Shown here: piece by piece, positions 46,951 to 60,483 of the stretch
How positions within the stretch are numbered: the stretch's first letter is position 1
Layout: every line of letters begins with the position of its first letter
Assembly: GCF_021869535.1 (NCBI RefSeq)
Contig: NW_026262667.1
Coordinates: 8,618,001 to 8,682,000 of the forward strand
Reading direction: 5' to 3'
Length of the DNA stretch: 64,000 nt
Source of the DNA: Mytilus californianus
Taxonomy: Eukaryota
The notes under the pieces: model-generated
The model's input: the letters and a program-made list of their open reading frames with translations, nothing else
What the model was told of the DNA's origin: nothing
Database searches by the model: none
Program-made: the position numbers and the translations under genes

Positions 46951-49633
46951 CACGGGTGTCATTCGGTTTATCAAGAAAAATTATCGTGAAAGAATACCTA
47001 ACGGTGGACAAGTATTGAGATTGGATCATGAAAGCTCTGATTTAGGATCGTTAAGGAAATCTTATCGAGAAGATATATGCAAGGTCAATTACTAATCTAA
47101 TTTAATGAATTATACGGACAAATTTACAAAAAAATAAAACTGTCTGTCAAAATGGTTCATCAGTATGATAAGTATCTGATGAAAATCAAGGTTTAAAAGT
47201 ACACCGTTTTTACAAAACTACAAAAGGCAGATTGCTCCTCGACATTTCAATGACATTAAATATGTAAACAAACAAGTTTTTTTTTCATAATTCGAATGAC
47301 TAAACAACTTTTCTTTGTAAAATGTCATTCCTTTTTAATGATTCAATTGGTTCTTAAAGTTATTTTGTGTTAGCATAATCAGAAATTTTGCAAAGAATGA
47401 AATATTTACAAAAATTGATTTTTCGGATCGTGAAAGATCGCGTACCGCTTTCTGAAGATCGTGAAAAGGATCGTGAAAGATCGCGTACCGCTTTCTGAAG
47501 ATCGTGAAAAGGATCGTAAAAGATCTGATGCTACGAAAACGTTCAAATCATTATTTAATTATAGGATAATTTATAATTTAAATTGGTTTAGCAAATACTG
47601 GATTTGCATGACTCATTCCGGTTCTCTTTTGTTGGTGAATAGGGACATAATCGTTCAATGCCATTGGAACTGATTATCTTATAATACCATACCGACTATG
47701 TGCCTTATAGCAATATCAATCTATCTTTCCGTTCTTCATAAGTTTTTGATTTCTTACACAAATTTAAGATTGATAATAGAACTTAATCGGCTAAATTACA
47801 GTTCAAGCTGGGTATCATGCACAATCGAGGTACGTTGATTGGTAATTTCCCTAATAAATTGGGTACAATGACGTATAGCTATTGTAAACAGATTGATCAA
47901 ACAATCAAGTAAAAATAACGTTATCTTGGTACCTTTTTATTTAATGTCACCGAAGCCATGAAATATACAAATAAATTAGCCAATATTGTCATACTATGTA
48001 AGCACGATTGACATTACATATAACTGAAAGTAACAACCCTTACAAAAAAAAAAAAAAACAAAAAAGGAATGCGTACACATGCATATATTTCCAGGGTGGA
48101 TGCATTAAGCATTACAGATACATATATACTTTTACTTTTCGACAATTTACGCTCCTAAAGATCCTTTCATCTTGTAAATCTACTTATCTAGACACGTTTT
48201 TTTAGTTATTTTAATAACTTCTAAGGAAAAGTGTTGAAATAAAAAAAAAAGTGAAAAAAAAATGAAAGCATTAATGTTCGTTCTTATTATTACACGCTTC
48301 AACTAGTTGCAAGTATATCAATTGGTAAAAGAAATATTGTTTTCTGATTATTAAGTCTGACTTGGCGCGGGATGTTTGCGCTTTTTGGTAGCACATTTGC
48401 GCTTTTTCAATAGGACATTTGCGCTTTATCAACATAACATAAAAAAACATTTAATATAAATAATAAAAAACATTCATATATTTATATACAGCTAAAAGCA
48501 TCAAACTTTCCTCATCATGCTTGTGTCAGATGAAAACGACAACCCTCCAAGAGGGTGGATGGGAGTAAATTCCGTATAACAACCATGACTCTTTCTAAAT
48601 ATCAACAGATACAGCAGGTGGTTTAAAAATAAAAATTTCGGTCTTCATAAATTGAAACAATCTTAGATAAACTATGATGGTACAGTTCCTCGGACTATTC
48701 ATGCAACAGAATAGTTTCCAATTTTAAATCCACTAATTAGAAATTAATTGAAGAATTTCGGTCAAAATTTAAATGTTCCATCCATAAAAGTTTCGTTTTC
48801 TCTATCATTTACCCAGAAACGTATACTATATTTTTTATAATATGTCTGGTTTAACCGAATATTTTTTTCTGATTTTGTCGTTTATTCGGAAGAACTTTCA
48901 AAGACTATGTGAACATCTTTCCATGACTTTGGTAAATTTTCTGAAGATTACAAGTAAACTATTATAGGTAAAAAGCACAAATGTCTTGTCAATTTTGTAC
49001 AGGTGTATCAAAGTTTAAAGCACAAATGTCCATAGTGTTTGAAGCGCAAATGTCTTTTAGTGCTACAGGTAAAAAAGCGCAAACGTCCTGCGTCCGTCTG
49101 GTCACGCCTTGTCTTTCACGATCAAGATAATGCGTTGCCCGATCTTTCACGATCAATTTTAATGAAAAATCAACAAAATTTAATGTTTTTAAAAACAAAA
49201 TGAGCGGTTTCAAGTAAAAAAAACTTTTATTTTACTGTACTATCTGACACACCAAAGATTCAGTTTCTAATATATCATTATATATTGGAATGTGACCGTT
49301 ATAGGTACAAAACGTGTATTTTTAATGAATCCCATACATAGACTTGTGTTGCGTCTTTTGTGTTTTATCATAAAGGACTGCATATTTTCATTATCTTATT
49401 GCACAATATTATTGAGAAAGTTGAATAATTTTGACAGACATATTTTTTTTCGGATTTGTTCCGCCTTTTGAAAATACAGCCGATTTTTCACAGATTTTGA
49501 AGTAGAATATACAATTAATTACATTCACGATCCGATACCAGATCTTACTCGATCCGATCGCAAAGCTTGAGAATGACCACCGTTAGGTATTCTTTCACGA
49601 CCATTTTTCTCGATATACCGAATGACAGCCGTG
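46951..49633. mobile_element. Non-autonomous TIR DNA transposon (2683 bp), CAC...GTG termini, 5-bp TSD
   Basis: First 60 bp vs reverse complement of last 60 bp: 54/60 identical (CACGG(G/C)TGTCATTCGGT...). AACGT at 46946-46950 and 49634-49638. Subterminal GATCGTGAAAG motifs occur inverted at both ends. No long ORF. Confidence 0.85.
48363..49095. mobile_element. Probable MITE nested in the CAC element, with inverted arrays of ACATTTGCGCTTT
   Basis: Three (g/a)catttgcgcttt-like motifs at 48378-48430 and inverted aaagc(g/a)caaa(t/c)gtc motifs at 48970-49090. TSD not clear. Confidence 0.5.
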
Positions 49634-50245
49634 AACGTAAGAAATTTAACTGTATGATTTTAAAACCTTTATACTTTTTTAATAGAGGGGAGAGTAATAC
49701 TTAAGGAAGATTTTTTTTCACCCACATGTTTGTTCGAATAATCATTTCGATGTTATATTATAAGATCTTATAAGTCTTATGTCATGGCAACAAAGAAGTT
49801 TATATGTTTAAACCCGTTTCGTGACGTCCTATTCAATTTCATAAAATTCTCCTTTCTTATGCAAGATGTATGCCAACAAGAAGTTAAAATCTGCAAAATT
49901 ATAAATATCTTGGAGTTTTCCGATATTTTCACAATAAAAAACATTTGAATGCTCAAGTGTATATACACCTCGACTTCAGTAATATGAAGCTCGTCATAAC
50001 GAATGGGTTAATACAATCTAATTAAAATATAGAACGCTGATTTCGTTATACTCCATATGAGTAGAACGAAATCATAGTTCTATATTTCAATTAGATTGGA
50101 GTTATTATGGATTTGTATTTCAGGTTTTGTGAATTCGTCATTACTAATTTTGAGGTGTGTATACATGTATATTATGAATTTTAGAATTTGCCATTAGAGA
50201 TTTCATTAATCATTACTTATTCGAAAATCTGTAAATACAAATTAA

Positions 50246-51143
50246 ACCAGAAGCTCTCAAGAGCCTGAATCGCTCACCTTTAATTTTTTGCTTAAATCTT
50301 TCATCAATGATTATTTTTGCTTTTCAATATATATTGATGAGTGGCTTAAAAATGCCATTTAAATGTTCTTTGTATCTGGGTATCTATATTTTCTTCAAAA
50401 GCAAAAAGTGCATTTTATCCCTATGTTCCATTTTAGCCATAGTGGCTATGTTTCTTGACGTACAAGGAAATAAAATACAAAATTTATACAAGATACCCTG
50501 AAACTCATTCAGCCCAAGTTTGGCTGAAATTGATTAAGCAGTTTCAAAGGAGAAGATTTTTTAAAGTAAGCAAATTAGATGATTGAATTGTGAAAAAAAT
50601 GTCTTTAAAGGGAAATAAACCTTAAAGGGTCAATTGACAATTTTTGTCATATAAAAACTTATTTGTTGATCTTACTTTGCTGAAGATTTTTGCTGTTTAC
50701 AGTTTATCTTTATATATAATAATATTCAAGATAATAACCAAAAACTAAAATTTCCTTAAAATTACCAATTTAGTTGCAGCAACCCAACAATGGATTGTTA
50801 GATTCATCTGAAAATTTCAGGGCTGATAGAACTTGACCAAATGAACTTTTTTACCCCATTTCAGATTTGCTCTAAATGCTTTAGTTTTTGAGATATAAGC
50901 CAAAAACTGCATTTTACCCCTATGTTCTATTTTTAGCCATGGCGGCCATGTTTTTTGACGAAACAGAAAATAAAACACAACCTTTATTCTAGATGCCCTA
51001 AGGATCATTCAGCTTAAGTTTGGTTGAAAGTGGTTCAGTAGTTTCAGAGGAAAAGATCTTTGAAATAGTTTATACCGGACGGACGACGGACGACAAGTGA
51101 TGGCAAAAGCTCACATTTCCTTTTAGGAAAGGTGAGCTAAAAA
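50246..51143 (+). mobile_element. Helentron/HINE-like element
   Basis: 5' aaccagaagctctcaagagcctgaatcgctcacc; (GACG)n microsatellite at ~51077-51093; 3' hairpin agctcac...gtgagct followed by aaaaaa. Confidence 0.75.
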
Positions 51144-51383
51144 AGGACTACCTCGAACACGATAATCTTGTTAGTATTCCAAATGTATAGTATTTATCCA
51201 AGAGAATTTCAAACTAAATCCAAACTTCTGTCAAAAGTAAAGAAAATATTTTGCACATAGTATTTGAACTTTCGATGGAGACTTTTTATACTTTTTGTGG
51301 TTAATTTGTTCCATTTTCTTCTTTTTTACCCTTTTCCCCGATAGCATTTTTAATCTACGATTATTCATTGTCATTATACATAC

Positions 51384-51623
51384 CATAAACTTCAACTTCA
51401 CACAGTTCTAGAAGCGCATGATTGGAGACACAGAGAGCTGTAGAGAAATTAGCTTCCGGTGGTCTCTGTATAATGACGGTGATAATTCTCCCTACAGCTT
51501 TACATTGAATTTCTTGGTATAACTCTGGATAGTTGTCTCCTTCGTGGTGATAACATCTCTCGCCAGATGGTACTGTTGTACCATTGGAAACATAAACTGA
51601 AAATCCGGCGAATCGCTTCTTCT
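51384..51623 (-). CDS. Same receptor, exon 3 (second half of F-type-lectin-like/galactose-binding-like domain)
   Basis: gatatttaaag|AG AAG...TATG|gtatgt, 240 nt, phase 1->1. KRFAGFSVYVSN...CYH...C..VGR.ITV...LELCEVEVYG. Confidence 0.88.
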
Positions 51624-51799
51624 CTTTAAATATCAACAATAAAAATAATTGTGGCGTTAACGTTATTGGGACATCAATCCAACAACACAACAAATAAAAG
51701 CGATATCAAAAGAGTGCGGTGTTCAACAATAGACAGGTGTCTAAGAATATTGCAAGCTCTATAATCCACCCATTCTACTTAAAGTGTGTGACAATCTTA

Positions 51800-52045
51800 T
51801 TTCCGGCACCTATTCTCCACGAAAATTGTTATTCCTGATATATATTCCCCTGAAAATGGTATTCCCGATATATGTTACCCATGAACGAAAATATTGCTCC
51901 CGATATATCTTTCCCACGAAAATTTTGTTCTTTTTATCTATTCTCTATGAAATGTTATTCCCGGCATCTATTCCCCATGCAAATGTTACTAATATCTGTT
52001 CTCCATGAAATTGATCTTGACCCTCCAAGTCTATTCCCCATGTGA
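51800..52045. repeat. Degenerate ~32-bp tandem repeat (tattcccc/atgaaa/tattcccgatat)
   Basis: Recurrent tatt(c)ccc...atgaaa(a)t motif in the intron. Confidence 0.5.
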
Positions 52046-52065
52046 ATGTAATTACATGTACTTAC

Positions 52066-52275
52066 GAACATAAGGTGTTTCAGTTTCCTTGTAAAATATG
52101 TGTAGACTGTTTATAGTAGATACTTGTCTAAGTCTAACTTGCCACCACGCTTCAGCAACTTGTGTAGTGGTTTGAATACATTCCATTTGATCAGTATCAC
52201 CGTCTACAACAAGTTCAGGATTATATTCTAATTCAGGTTCACTCATATCTGTTGGTCTTCTAATTGCTAAATTTT
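52066..52275 (-). CDS. Same receptor, exon 2 (first half of F-type-lectin-like domain)
   Basis: atatttacag|AA AAT TTA...GTT C|gtaagt, 210 nt. ENLAIRRPTDMS...VVDGD...CIQT...AWWQVRL. Confidence 0.88.
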
Positions 52276-53421
52276 CTGTAAATATATTTCTTAATAGATG
52301 TATGGAATCGATTTACCATTTATATACTTTGATCAGACATGCTGATCAAATTCTGAACGTAGTGGCAATGATTTATAACTCTCATATAATATGGCTAACA
52401 AAGAACACAAGAAGAAACGCCAATCAATAAGGAAACAGTATTCTGACTCTGAGCTACTAAAACACGTGCTTTTCAAGAAGGTAGCAAATACCATTTTGAT
52501 TTTTTGCTTTTACTAATCATTTGTTACCCTGACCTCCGACACTTGACAGGAGCCTACCAGTAAATGGTGGTACAACAGCACTGACAGAGACAATAATATG
52601 TTGTTGACGAGACCCATAAATGCACAAATGTATTTAGTAATTGTCTGTTAGAAATAATGATTTAAAGAAACGAGTATATTAATTGAGTTTTTTAATTGTT
52701 GATTTAAACTCTATTAATAGTCATAGATAATTGTAATTCATTTGTTGTTTATTCTTATATCAAACTGTTTTAACATATTGACGGGGAGAGGGAACATTCA
52801 TTTCTTTGTTAGTAAAAGATTAGTAATTACATGTAGATATAAGAAGATGTGGTATGAGTGCCAATATTATGAGACAATTCTCCATCCAAGTCACAATTTG
52901 TAAAAGTAAACCATTATAGGTCAAAGTACGGCCTTCAACACGGAGCCTTGGCTCACACCGAACAGCAAGCTATAAAGGACCCCAAAAATGATTAGTGTAA
53001 AACCATTCAAACAGGAAAACCAACTTTTTAATCTATATGAGAAACGAGAAACACTTATGAACCACATCAACAAACGACAACCACTGAACATCAGGATCCT
53101 GACTTAGGACAGGTGCAAACAAATGCAGCGGGTTTAAACGTTGTAATAGGCGCCAATCTTCACCCTAACCTGAAACAATAGTGTAACATCACAATATAGA
53201 AAGACACACTATGGAATATCAATTGAAATGGCTTTGGAATGTATGATATATGTAGTAGCATCCCCGTCTGTGCTTCATTTTTGAAACGTCACTATAATGA
53301 GCGAATAACACTGAATTTTAAAAGAACAAGATGAAGAGCTACGACTACACGTATAAAATATAAGGATTTTGAGTAAGACATCGTTTCCCGCAAGTACAAA
53401 TGTTACAGTAAGTTGTCTTAC

Positions 53422-53482
53422 CTGACCCATGAATTTCGTTTCCAAAGAGTAAAATCCCAGTCAAAAATATATACAAATTCAT
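53422..53482 (-). CDS. Same receptor, coding exon 1 (signal peptide MNLYIFLTGILLFGNEIHGS)
   Basis: TCAG|gtaaga donor, phase 1. Upstream acceptor ttgcag (exon start 53514) implies a further 5' UTR exon. The eight exons sum to 1344 nt = 447 aa + stop. Confidence 0.8.
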
Positions 53483-53989
53483 TGTCGTATTTTGTAGTTT
53501 GAAATAATCAAATCCTGCAACAAACATACAGTTTTAAGAGGATTATCTTAATGTTTATTTCGTCATTTGTATGTCACTTATTAGTCAACTTCTTATATCC
53601 TGAAAGAACATCTATATTTGAACAATTACGGATTATTTTGATTGACTAATAACAGATACAAAACAATGAATAACGGTTTTGGTAGCTTTACATTTGATTG
53701 AATTTGTAAATTTGGGACCTAGTTTAATAGATGTCAAATAATGTGTATGTAGAAGTAATTTTGATCTTTATATTTGATAAAATTAAAAAATTTAAACCAA
53801 GAAAATTATTCCAATTTGTCCGGTTCTTAAGATCTAATCACAGAAATAAATAAGAATATATCACACATTTTTATAGTTAATTTTGGATTAAACTCAACTC
53901 TGATTTCGTCTGGGAGTACCTTTCGTCAAATAGCCAGTGTTTCGGTACGGAGATGACTTAACATTTAGACTGTCAATTTTCAGTTTATA

Positions 53990-56690
53990 AATTTGATATT
54001 ATGTAATCGCACAGATACCTCAGGCAGATTTGACCTTCGATTTTTTGCTGAACTGTTTAGTCCCCATCAGATATGTGGCTTCCTGAATTTTTTGTTGGTC
54101 TTGAGTGTACCTTATGAAGATTCACCAATAAATACACGTCGTGTGAAATCGTCTACATTTTACAGACATAACAGCCTCTAAGAATGTCGTCTTCATTTTC
54201 TTCCATTCACAAGTCCTCTTTTGAATACTGTGCTCAAACTGACCATGGATCAACCTATCTAGTATACCATTTAAAATGTTATTCCTCCCTATTTTGATAA
54301 CATAGAACCACCTATTATTTCGTATACACACAAAAATAAGCAGTAGATGTGGTTTATTTTTTAGTTACACGTCAGTTACATCAGACGTCAATACAGAAAA
54401 TAATGCTTCTTCAACTTGAGACTGTGAATCATCGAATTTTAGATATGATCACAAGGGCCATGTTATTAAGGGGGATCTCAACATCGATAAAAACCCTTCT
54501 TAAAAAGGACCGAAATATATATCGTCCTCAAACTTGAATAGATTGGAAACAGTGTCGTCAGGTCATTATAGGGATCTTTTATCCAATTGTAAAAATTTGT
54601 GTAAACAGGAAAGATCTGATAAAAGATCTCTTGATTCTTATTTAAATAAATGTATGCATATTGTGGATATTCGAATAACACATTTTGAAAATAATTTAGA
54701 AATAAATAAAAGGGTACATAATACGTTGATTTCTAGAATAAGAGGTTTGTTTTCGTACCGGTCGTCAAAGCAGCTAATAATGTGGTGGTGGTTTGATGTA
54801 AATACTACAAGGAAGTTCTTAAGAATGCAATTATAAATTCTTCTACATTCAGGTCAGTTTGTTCCACAGAAAGTCAAATAGTAAAAAATCATACTATTAC
54901 CACATCTCAGCTTAAGTCCTCTTCGGAACATTTGGAGGACCTTACTATGTATTGGTTACCTAAACTACACAAAAACCCGTAAACTATCGTTTCATCTCGG
55001 CCTCTAGTAAGAGTTCTACAACTCATGTTTCACTGCTTTTAACTAGTTTCTTAACTACTATCAAAGAAGTTATCATTAACTTTTGTAATAAAGCATATGC
55101 AAATAGTGGAATTAGCTCTTCTTATTTTTGGAGTGTAAAAAAATCTTTCGGTGTTTTAGATAAATTACGTGCTTTTGATGGTCCTTTTCATTCGGTAGAC
55201 AGTGACTTTTTAACTCTTTACACTACACTTCCACACAATCTTATCAAACAAAAGTTATCCTATTTAACTAAATGGTCGTTTGAAAAATCTGATTGCATAT
55301 GTATCTGCTGCAACTTCAATACAGCCTTCTTCTGCAACCAAAAAGTAAATATGCTAGATATACTTACTGGAAGTGTGATGATTAAATCTGTACATTTTCT
55401 CCTTGACATCATTTATGTACATTTCAACGATTAAGTTTATTGACAAGTTGTATGTATTCCTATGGGCACCAATTGCGACCCTTTAATAGCAGACTTATTT
55501 CGGTACTGTTATGAATCACAATTTATAACCAAACTCAGTAAAGACCCGTCTAAATTGCATTTAATTGATAAATTTTTTCGTCCACTATTGTTAATTTTTC
55601 TTTTTTGGAAGGTGATGTTCCTTTGGCAGCATCTTACGCTGCTTATATAGCCCAACTCGTTCGCTATGACCGTGTCTGTAGTGACGTTTTCGAGTTAGAT
55701 AATGTAATCTGTGTATTACCGGCAAATAATTAAGTCAAAGGTTTCGTTACCACAAATTACTACAGACCTTTACTAAATCATTTCATAGATACAAAAATTT
55801 AGAATGGAAGTTTGGCTGTACCTGTAGAAAATGCATTCCAAATGGATAGCATATCCTTATTTGTATGGTTATGTTGTTTACCAAGCCCGTAAATTTAGAT
55901 ACGATCCGGGTAAACTTATTGATCTTTTAAATAAACTTATTGTGAAGGGTTACCAATTCATCCTTGTTATTAGATCTTTGAATGCTGTATTTATCGATAT
56001 AAATATTGATTTTGTTATCAGTAAATTAAAACCATACTCAATATCATTGTTATACACATGTGCACATTCACGGTACTACACTCTGTCGATACCTGTACAT
56101 TTCGGCATTATACCAGGTCATGTTTTTGACTGTTAATAACGTCTTTACACTAAATCCATTGGATGTTGGATATGTACTGATTGATATTTTAGTCTTAGAT
56201 ACATGTTTTGTTTTATTAGTTATTATTGGCATTGAATTAACTTTCATCTCAGATGTGTACTCTGTGTCTTTTGGGTTCTTGTTATTTTTTGTATCGATCT
56301 GATGAGTTAAGTCCTTTTCAACTGATTTTTATAGTTTGTTCTTATGTTATACTGTTACATCACTATCCCAGGTTAGTGGGAGGATTGGCCCGCCCGCAAA
56401 CGTGTTTAACCCCGCCACATATTGTATGCGCCTGTCCAAAGTCAGGATCCTGGAATCAGTGGTTGTCATATGTTGCTGTTTATTGTTTTGTACATAAATC
56501 AGGCGGTTAATAGTAGTTTTCTCATTTGAGTTGTTTTACTTTTGTAATTTCGGGGTCTTTTGTAGCTTGCTAAAAGGTATGGGGTTTGCTCATTGTTGAA
56601 GGCCGTGTGGTGACCTATAGTTGCTATAACGTTCTACGTCATTTGGTCTCTGGTCGAGAGTTGTCTCATTCGCAATCATACCTCATCTTC
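53990..56690 (+). mobile_element. Decayed, internally deleted Penelope-like retroelement with 3' tail (second subfamily)
   Basis: Fragments GHVIKGDLNI, MYWLPKLHK, YRFISASSK, TLYTTLPH, IPMGTNCDPLIADLFRYCYE, GDVPLAASYAAYIAQLVRY. A very decayed HHR-like motif at ~54103-54150. The 3' region merges into the abundant tail family. Confidence 0.75.
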
Positions 56691-56779
56691 TTTTCTTTTT
56701 TTAATATATGGGTACAATTTAAAACAGTCTTGAATTGAAAGGATATGGATGTCTTCAGACCAGTGCTTTCTAAGGCTCC

Positions 56780-57335
56780 AAAATGTGAGAGGTTGATCCA
56801 GATACCAATCACAAAAAGAAGATACCAAGGAGACATGCAAAACTCATTAGTCGAAGACAACTCCCTGGAACAAACATTTAAGACGGCGAAAAGACGAACA
56901 AGTACACAGAACACAACTGAGAAAACTAAAGACTGGGCAACACGAACCCAATAAAAACTGGGGATTATCTCAGGTGCTCCGGGAGGGTAAGCAGGTCCTG
57001 CTTTACTAGTGGCACCCGTCATGTTGTCACTAAGACTTTATACATAGCTTCCTCTCTCTGCTAATGATGGCGACTAAAAAGCATTGGTGTTTAGCTGTTA
57101 TTCACTATTATAAACGAGTTTGACATCTTGGACATATCAGAATGTATATGTATTTTCTGGTATACATGCTCTACTGTAACAGAGGGAGATGACACCAAAA
57201 AAGGCAAACAAAAACCACAAGTCAGATAACACCCATGGCAAAACGAAAAAAGACGAAGCGACAAACAAAGACAATCTAGATCCCACAAAAGTCCGGGAGT
57301 GAACACATGTTCGGAAGGGGAATCAGTTTTCTGTT
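56780..57335 (-). mobile_element. Two retroelement 3'-tail fragments (~56780-57025 and ~57180-57335)
   Basis: Both resemble the 35014-35260 tail (ataccaaag...aaactcat...ggcaaa...cacaaaa..ccggg). Confidence 0.6.
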
Positions 57336-57884
57336 ACTGCATATAAAACCATCTGACACTAATATTAGAGACATTCTTTCTGGTATTATGGTTATTACAA
57401 CAATATTAAATTGTTTATACTTCACATCTCCTTTTATTCAATTTGATGAATATTGATTTCTTGTCATAAATCCAAATTGTACTTTTAGGGGGAGGGGGAC
57501 TTAGAAGAAATTCTAATCTTACTTTATTTTGCTGCATAACTGGGACTTACTTTCTTGTTTGAACTGACCCTGGATTATTTTACATACTTCAAATCGAAGG
57601 TTGACGAGCCAGATTTGGCTGAGATGATCAGTCTATATCGGAGTATCTTCTAGCTGTTAAGGTTATATAACAAACTCACTATAACATGTAACAGTCTGCT
57701 TTATTTTATGTTCACTAAGCTGTTAGGTTAACCATGAAATTATTTGACCTTAGTTAAGGGATGGGATCCAAGGGAGTGTTTATAAAGGGCAAAATTCAGC
57801 CAAATGTGCCTGAAAATCTCTTTGGTATATTCTGTTTCATTTGTGTATTTCATTTGTATCCTGCTTTGGGGGGGGGGGGGGATA

Positions 57885-58090
57885 GGAGGGGGATAGGAGT
57901 GGTCCTGATCCCGAAATCCTGGGCTTAAAAACCTGCCGGGAATCCCGAGGTCCCGAATTTAAAAAAAATTAAATCCCGACATCCCGAAATTCGAAAAAAA
58001 GAATTCCCGGATCCCGAAAGGATCAATCCCGAAATCCCGAGCTTAAAAACACCCGATCCGAGAGTCCCGGTAAAGGTTCTACCCCCTCTC
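57885..58090. mobile_element. Short MITE with ATCCCGAA internal repeats
   Basis: gagggggatagg.../...ctaccccctctc ends and about ten (a)tcccg(a/g) motifs. Confidence 0.55.
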
Positions 58091-58273
58091 ATGTCTTCCA
58101 TAGGGGGACAGACTATTTCTGGAAAAAGCATTCTGCACACTTCGGTAGATCGGATAGCGGAATCTGCCGAAGTTTGCCGATTATTTAAAGTTGCCACAAC
58201 AAACTGAAAGTAGAAATATCCTGTGGTGTTTATCTTTAAATAGCACTTCAATACACCCAATTACACGTGGAAG

Positions 58274-58291
58274 ATGGGGTCAAAAGTAAAG
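58274..58291 (+). CDS. MTAP: MTAP (S-methyl-5'-thioadenosine phosphorylase) coding exon 1 (MGSKVK)
   Basis: gaagATGG...AAG|gtaaga, phase 0. Joins IGIIGG at the position equivalent to human AVK|IGIIGG. Confidence 0.75.
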
Positions 58292-58990
58292 GTAAGAAAA
58301 TAAGACTATGTTGGTGGACAAATTTTTTTAATATTATTTTGGCTTATGCAGAACTGAATGCAGGTTTAAAGTTAGAATGAATTGTCAGAAAACACTTTTT
58401 AAAAGGTTTATCTTTATTAAAATGGCCGACAAGACCTAGATTATATAATATTGAAGTACATTTTATGTTTTAGAAAATTAAAAAGTTGACTGGCTTTTGT
58501 TGTGGTTATTTTTGTGGTTATGAATATGATTGAAAGGGGAAGACATCTTAAAATTCCAAGAGAAGAAAGCCTGTAATAATGGAGAAATTGAAGATGAACA
58601 TTTAATGTAGAATGAAGAATGTAATAGATTTACCTCAAAACGAGTAATATTAGAAAATAAAATAAATGATATATTTAAAATACAACGTAACATTAACAAT
58701 GTTGAAAAATATCTCTAATGGTAAACAATAGCTCAGCATTATTACTTAGACTGTCTTCATCTTTCATATCAGAGTGTCTAAATAAAGTCATTAAAGAAAA
58801 AGTGGATTAATATGATATATTAATATGTAACTTTTCATTCTATCATGTCAATTAATATAATATTGCAATAGGTCTTAACCATTAATTGTTAATGAGTTTG
58901 TGCCAATAAAATATTTGTATTTGTATTTTAACACTTATGTAGCAATGAAATAAATATGTCAAACAAAACCAAGAAAAGTTGTTAATTAAC

Positions 58991-59451
58991 GAGGGTGGTA
59001 AAGGGTTATTTTCGTGTAACGTGATCACCGTTTTTTATTTCACGTTCAACGTGTTTTTACTTTTTTATTCAACGTTCAGTCGTGCAAGACAGGTGCCTCG
59101 TTCAACGTGTTCTGCTTATTTAATTTTACGTGCATCGTGATTTTCAAATGCTTATTTTGCGTGCTCGGTATTTTTCTAATAAAATTCAAACACTTGGCAG
59201 GGATCGTCATGAAATACTTTTCAAGTTAAAAGCCGTAAACCATTTACATCATCAATGTGTATACTAAATCGGGAATAACAAGTAAAACATAGAGTTTATA
59301 TATACAAGAAGACAGTGACTCAGTCACAAAAGGTTCACAACAGTCTTTATTTTTCGTGCAACGTTCATGACAGAAATTATTTCACGTTCAACGTGAAATT
59401 ATGTCTTATTTCACGTTTTTTCCGTGCAAGCACCCCGTCTTTACCACCCTC
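58991..59451. mobile_element. MITE with 13-bp TIRs GAGGGTGGTAAAG (Sola-like termini)
   Basis: gagggtggtaaag at 58991 and ctttaccaccctc ending 59451; internal tttcacgttcaacgtg repeats. TSD not matched. Confidence 0.65.
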
Positions 59452-60129
59452 ATGAACATGTACCTAGGTAATTTTATTACAATTTGAGGCAGACAAGAAG
59501 CCTGAAAATGCCCAGTGTTTACATTTGACTCCTGAAACATACATATGACATCAGCTTGTTTAGTTGTCAATGACGATAACATCATTTCGCAGAATTTCCA
59601 TTTTATGAAATTTTACACTGAAAAATTAACTAAATTGGACTGATTTGTTTATTTTGCATTAGAATAGAGATAACCGTATTGTATTCAAAGCTTGGCCAAT
59701 GTAAAACGTGGGTTTTACTGTCCAAATTTGGTATACCTGGTCGTATAAATATTTGAGATAGGTGGAACAGCCTATTTTGTGTATTAAAGCGCTTGCACTA
59801 AAAGTAGATATACTGTAATTATACTTGTTGGAGATATGTAGGTTTTCATATTAGAATATTAATTATATACCAGTATTTTGAAGTAATTAGAAAATTTAAC
59901 TCCCATTAAAGCTACTAGTCCAAGTAATCTTTCAGAGGAATTGTTATCATTTTTGACACACTATGGTACTTAAAGCAAAATATTTTCATGATTTGTATCA
60001 AATCTTTGAAATAATGTCAGGAGAAGGACAAATTTCCATATGAAATTGTGTCCATATACAGACAATGTTTCATAGATAGATAGTATGAAATTTTGTCTTG
60101 TTCAAGGGAGGTTATCTAAGGTTACATAT

Positions 60130-60230
60130 AGTGTATATTACTTACCAAAACACATTACTTGTAATGCAAGACTTTTTGCTGATGATTGTTCATTACAGAG
60201 AAATGTAAAAAATAGTTCAGATATTGTATT
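60130..60230 (+). mobile_element. Small LINE RT relic
   Basis: LPKHITCNARLFADDCSL contains the non-LTR RT FADD motif. Confidence 0.45.
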
Positions 60231-60396
60231 TTAGCATTTTAAGAGAGGGTCAAATATATTTGCATGCATGTGAATTTTGTAATGAGGTCGCATCCCATTC
60301 AAAAGAAGGTCAATATGACATACATTTCATGTCTGCGTGTCTCTTGTGTTTGTATAGATTACAATTGATATTTATATGTAGAGCATATGATTACAG

Positions 60397-60483
60397 ATAG
60401 GCATCATTGGAGGATCTGGGCTATCTAAACCAGATATATTAAAAGGGGGACAGGAAAAGGAAGTCATCACACCTTTTGGGAAG
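60397..60483 (+). CDS. MTAP: MTAP coding exon 2
   Basis: ttacag|ATA...AAG|gtaaga, 87 nt. IGIIGGSGLSKPDILKGGQEKEVITPFGK vs human [29 protein letters not shown]. Confidence 0.92.
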
